Source: Klebsormidium nitens
Taxonomy: Eukaryota > Plantae > Klebsormidiophyceae
NCBI GenBank assembly: GCA_000708835.1
Contig: DF236980.1
Span: forward strand, 163,999 to 227,998
Length of the DNA: 64,000 nucleotides
Direction: 5' to 3'
This document shows positions 61,477-64,000 of the stretch, piece after piece (positions within the stretch are counted from its first letter, which is position 1; each line of letters opens with the position of its first letter). A program made the position numbers and the translations under genes. The notes below the pieces were generated by a model. That model ran no database searches. It saw nothing but the letters and a program-made list of their open reading frames with translations, and was not told the origin of the DNA.

Positions 61477-64000
61477 GTTGCCTCTTGGACTTTTGCTCCA
61501 GGTTGAGGATTCACAAAGGCTGGGTGCGAATTGATGCTGCCAGATGTCGCTGTTGCAGGTTGACAAATCGACAGTGTTGCCAGCAGAGCGCGTGAGCTCG
61601 ATTGGAGTGCCACTCTGTCGAGGAGAACAAGCTGTGTTGACAAAGAAACCCTAGGTGCTTTCATGATTGTGCCCGATAAGGTGGTAGGGTGAGACTGAAT
61701 CAAATCGTACATTGTTAAACGTAGGGATCCCTGGCCGTACATTGTAGAATGCAGCACTGCTAGTATTCTTTTGAAAGTGGCAAAAACTCTGCTGTATCTA
61801 TCCTCCGACAAATTCTGCTATGAATCTGCATGCCTCAAGAGACGTCTTTTGGTGAGCGCTTTCTTTAGACAAGAAGCGCCTCATCCCTCAGAGGGTTTGA
61901 GTAAGATTTTGATGACCGATTTGCAATTCATGGAACAAAACCTTTGTTGTATAGATTGTGAACATCTGATTACTGAATGCAGCAACCGTGCAGATATGTC
62001 TGCCACTCTCTTGACAAATAGCTGATGGGGCGACAACTCGATCGATTGAAGGCAAAGAAAATTTGAATCATCAAACCTTTCTGCAGAATTTCTGATCTGA
62101 ATCAGAATTCTCAAATTGGCTGTTACATTCACGACCTCGTTGAAGTGCTCCTTTTGACGTCAGTCTATAGTGCAGTTCCGACACAAATGAAGGGCTTCTG
62201 TGAAATAAGTCGCCCTTCGAATCTTACCCTGCAGCCAGGCATTGCTGCAACGTGACTTCTCGAGACTATACCAGATACCTTCGGAAAGCTCTCAGCTGAC
62301 CTTACCTTTCAAAGCCTCCTGAATGTCAGCTCTTCTGATGAAGACATGCAGTACGCGCAACTTGGCTGTCGACCAGCTGTCGACAAGGGTGGCAATCCCA
62401 ATGCATTTCGATGAACCTAGTGCTTCTCTTCCAGAGCTTCATGAGATCATGCTAGCTTGCATTCCTTTTGCAATGTGGCTCTGGCAAAGACGTCAGCAGG
62501 GGGCGGCATCCCTGAAGCTACCCAACCACCATTGGAGAAATTTTGCGTTGCCGCCCATTTTCCAGCTAGCTAGGCCGCACAACACCGACTGAGCTCCCGT
62601 TGCTGATCTGGCAAGACGAAGGTTAGATGCTATACGACTGATAACATCCCGTTCCATTGGAATTTTGCAATTTAGGCCACCCGTTTAGCTCGCGATGTTT
62701 GCTATGCATAACCGTAGGTTGGACGATCTGTTCTAAATTCTGTTGTTTTCTTCATGAGGCCTTATGCATTGACTTTTGCGGCGGCCGCCCCGGGTTTGGG
62801 GGACTTCCATTCGACATTGGCGCTCGCGCATGCCAGTACTGCAATTCATTGGTCGAAGCCGAATGGTTCAGCGCGAGGGTATCGTACCCAATCCCAGTCG
62901 CATGATTGGCATGGGGGGTACGCGACCTGCGGGCTCACAAGTGGCTCTTCGCCCTGATGATTTCATTTCACAACCGACCGTTTTACCGGTACGGGTACAA
63001 GTTCCTCGTTGTTAATTTTGTGAGCCGTAGAAGCAATCCTATGTGAATTGAAGCAAGGCTAATTAACGACGACACAACCTAAGCTTTTTTGAGATAGACT
63101 TATCATGTTCCGCATGGTAAGTTCTCACTTAGGTTAGTCTCTTATCCAAAGTCCTACATCAAAGCTGGTCTATCTAGACATTGTGGAAGCCGTTAAAAAC
63201 CCCCCGAGGGTACGTCCCGTGGCTTTTGATATTGGGCCCTGATATTGGGCCCTGATTGGTCCCCTGGCCACATGCACTGCATGGGGCCTGCGCATACACC
63301 GCACTGAAGACAGTTTCATGCAACTTTCAGCAATTGGGCCAGTGGACTAGAGGTATCAAGGAGAGGAAGATTTTGCAACGGGCCGCAACGCTCTGCAATT
63401 CAGTGGGCAATCCGTGGTAGCCATTGACTGGGCCTGGGGGATGTGCGTGGCTATGTGGTCTCCGGGGTTGCATGATACGCAATCAATGGGGTGGCTGAGC
63501 CCATGCGAACAACTCTTACCTTTTTCTTTCAACGGTCTCTATGATTTCGAGGGTCCAGAATAATCATTCATTATGTTCTCAACTTGACAGAAAAGCACAG
63601 GTGATATATCTGGTCAAGTGCATGCAGCTTGGAACGATGCACAAGTGCACTACGAACATCGTCATCTAGTATCGCGGGTTGTAGCCCATGGCAATGGGCA
63701 CCCGGTCAAATGAAATACATATAAGTTCTTGGGACACTGTTGCTGGCCCCTTCATGGTTATGCCGAATGAGTGTGGCATTATGGTGACGCATTATGGCTC
63801 GCTGCTCAGATGTCGACCAATCAGGCCCGTCAAATCCTCTGTCATTGAAGGCTGTAAACGCACTGATTTGCAGATTTCGCATATGTATATCGGCTCGATG
63901 TCAATTCTGGAGTAACCTTGGTGCTCTCTTGAGTTGGTAGACTTAGACTTCTTCTCAAGGCTCTAGTCCTCCCCCTTTGACTCTTTCTCAGCTACCAGTG

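Overview
This is eukaryotic, intron-rich nuclear DNA with GC3-rich exons. Gene content and intron style suggest a streptophyte green alga such as Klebsormidium (inference). Ten genes could be spliced by hand: ERD2 (-), NAA35/MAK10 (+), FEN1 (+), HYPK (-), an unrecognised ~300-326 aa gene (+), POT1 (-), a twice-frameshifted intronless F-box/LRR gene (+), TRAPPC13 (-), a conserved uncharacterised plant-type gene (+) and an atypical bZIP (-). Strands alternate almost perfectly, giving four head-to-head pairs under 1.1 kb apart. Two observations stand out. (1) 'Splice-junction echo' arrays: exon ends with their donor or acceptor sites are tandemly copied into the neighbouring intron, and the copies decay with distance from the exon. 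This is seen in POT1 (three arrays), TRAPPC13, the conserved gene, the bZIP and FEN1. (2) The unrecognised gene has a motif pattern resembling the NRF1/Ewg (EIN3/DUF2841-like) DNA-binding domain, which is a hypothesis from a remembered alignment. Also present are a foldback MITE-like element, a G-rich dispersed element in three FEN1 introns, two or three GC-AG introns, a ~270 aa low-complexity insert in NAA35 and a 258-N assembly gap. All exon coordinates were derived manually and no database searches were run.
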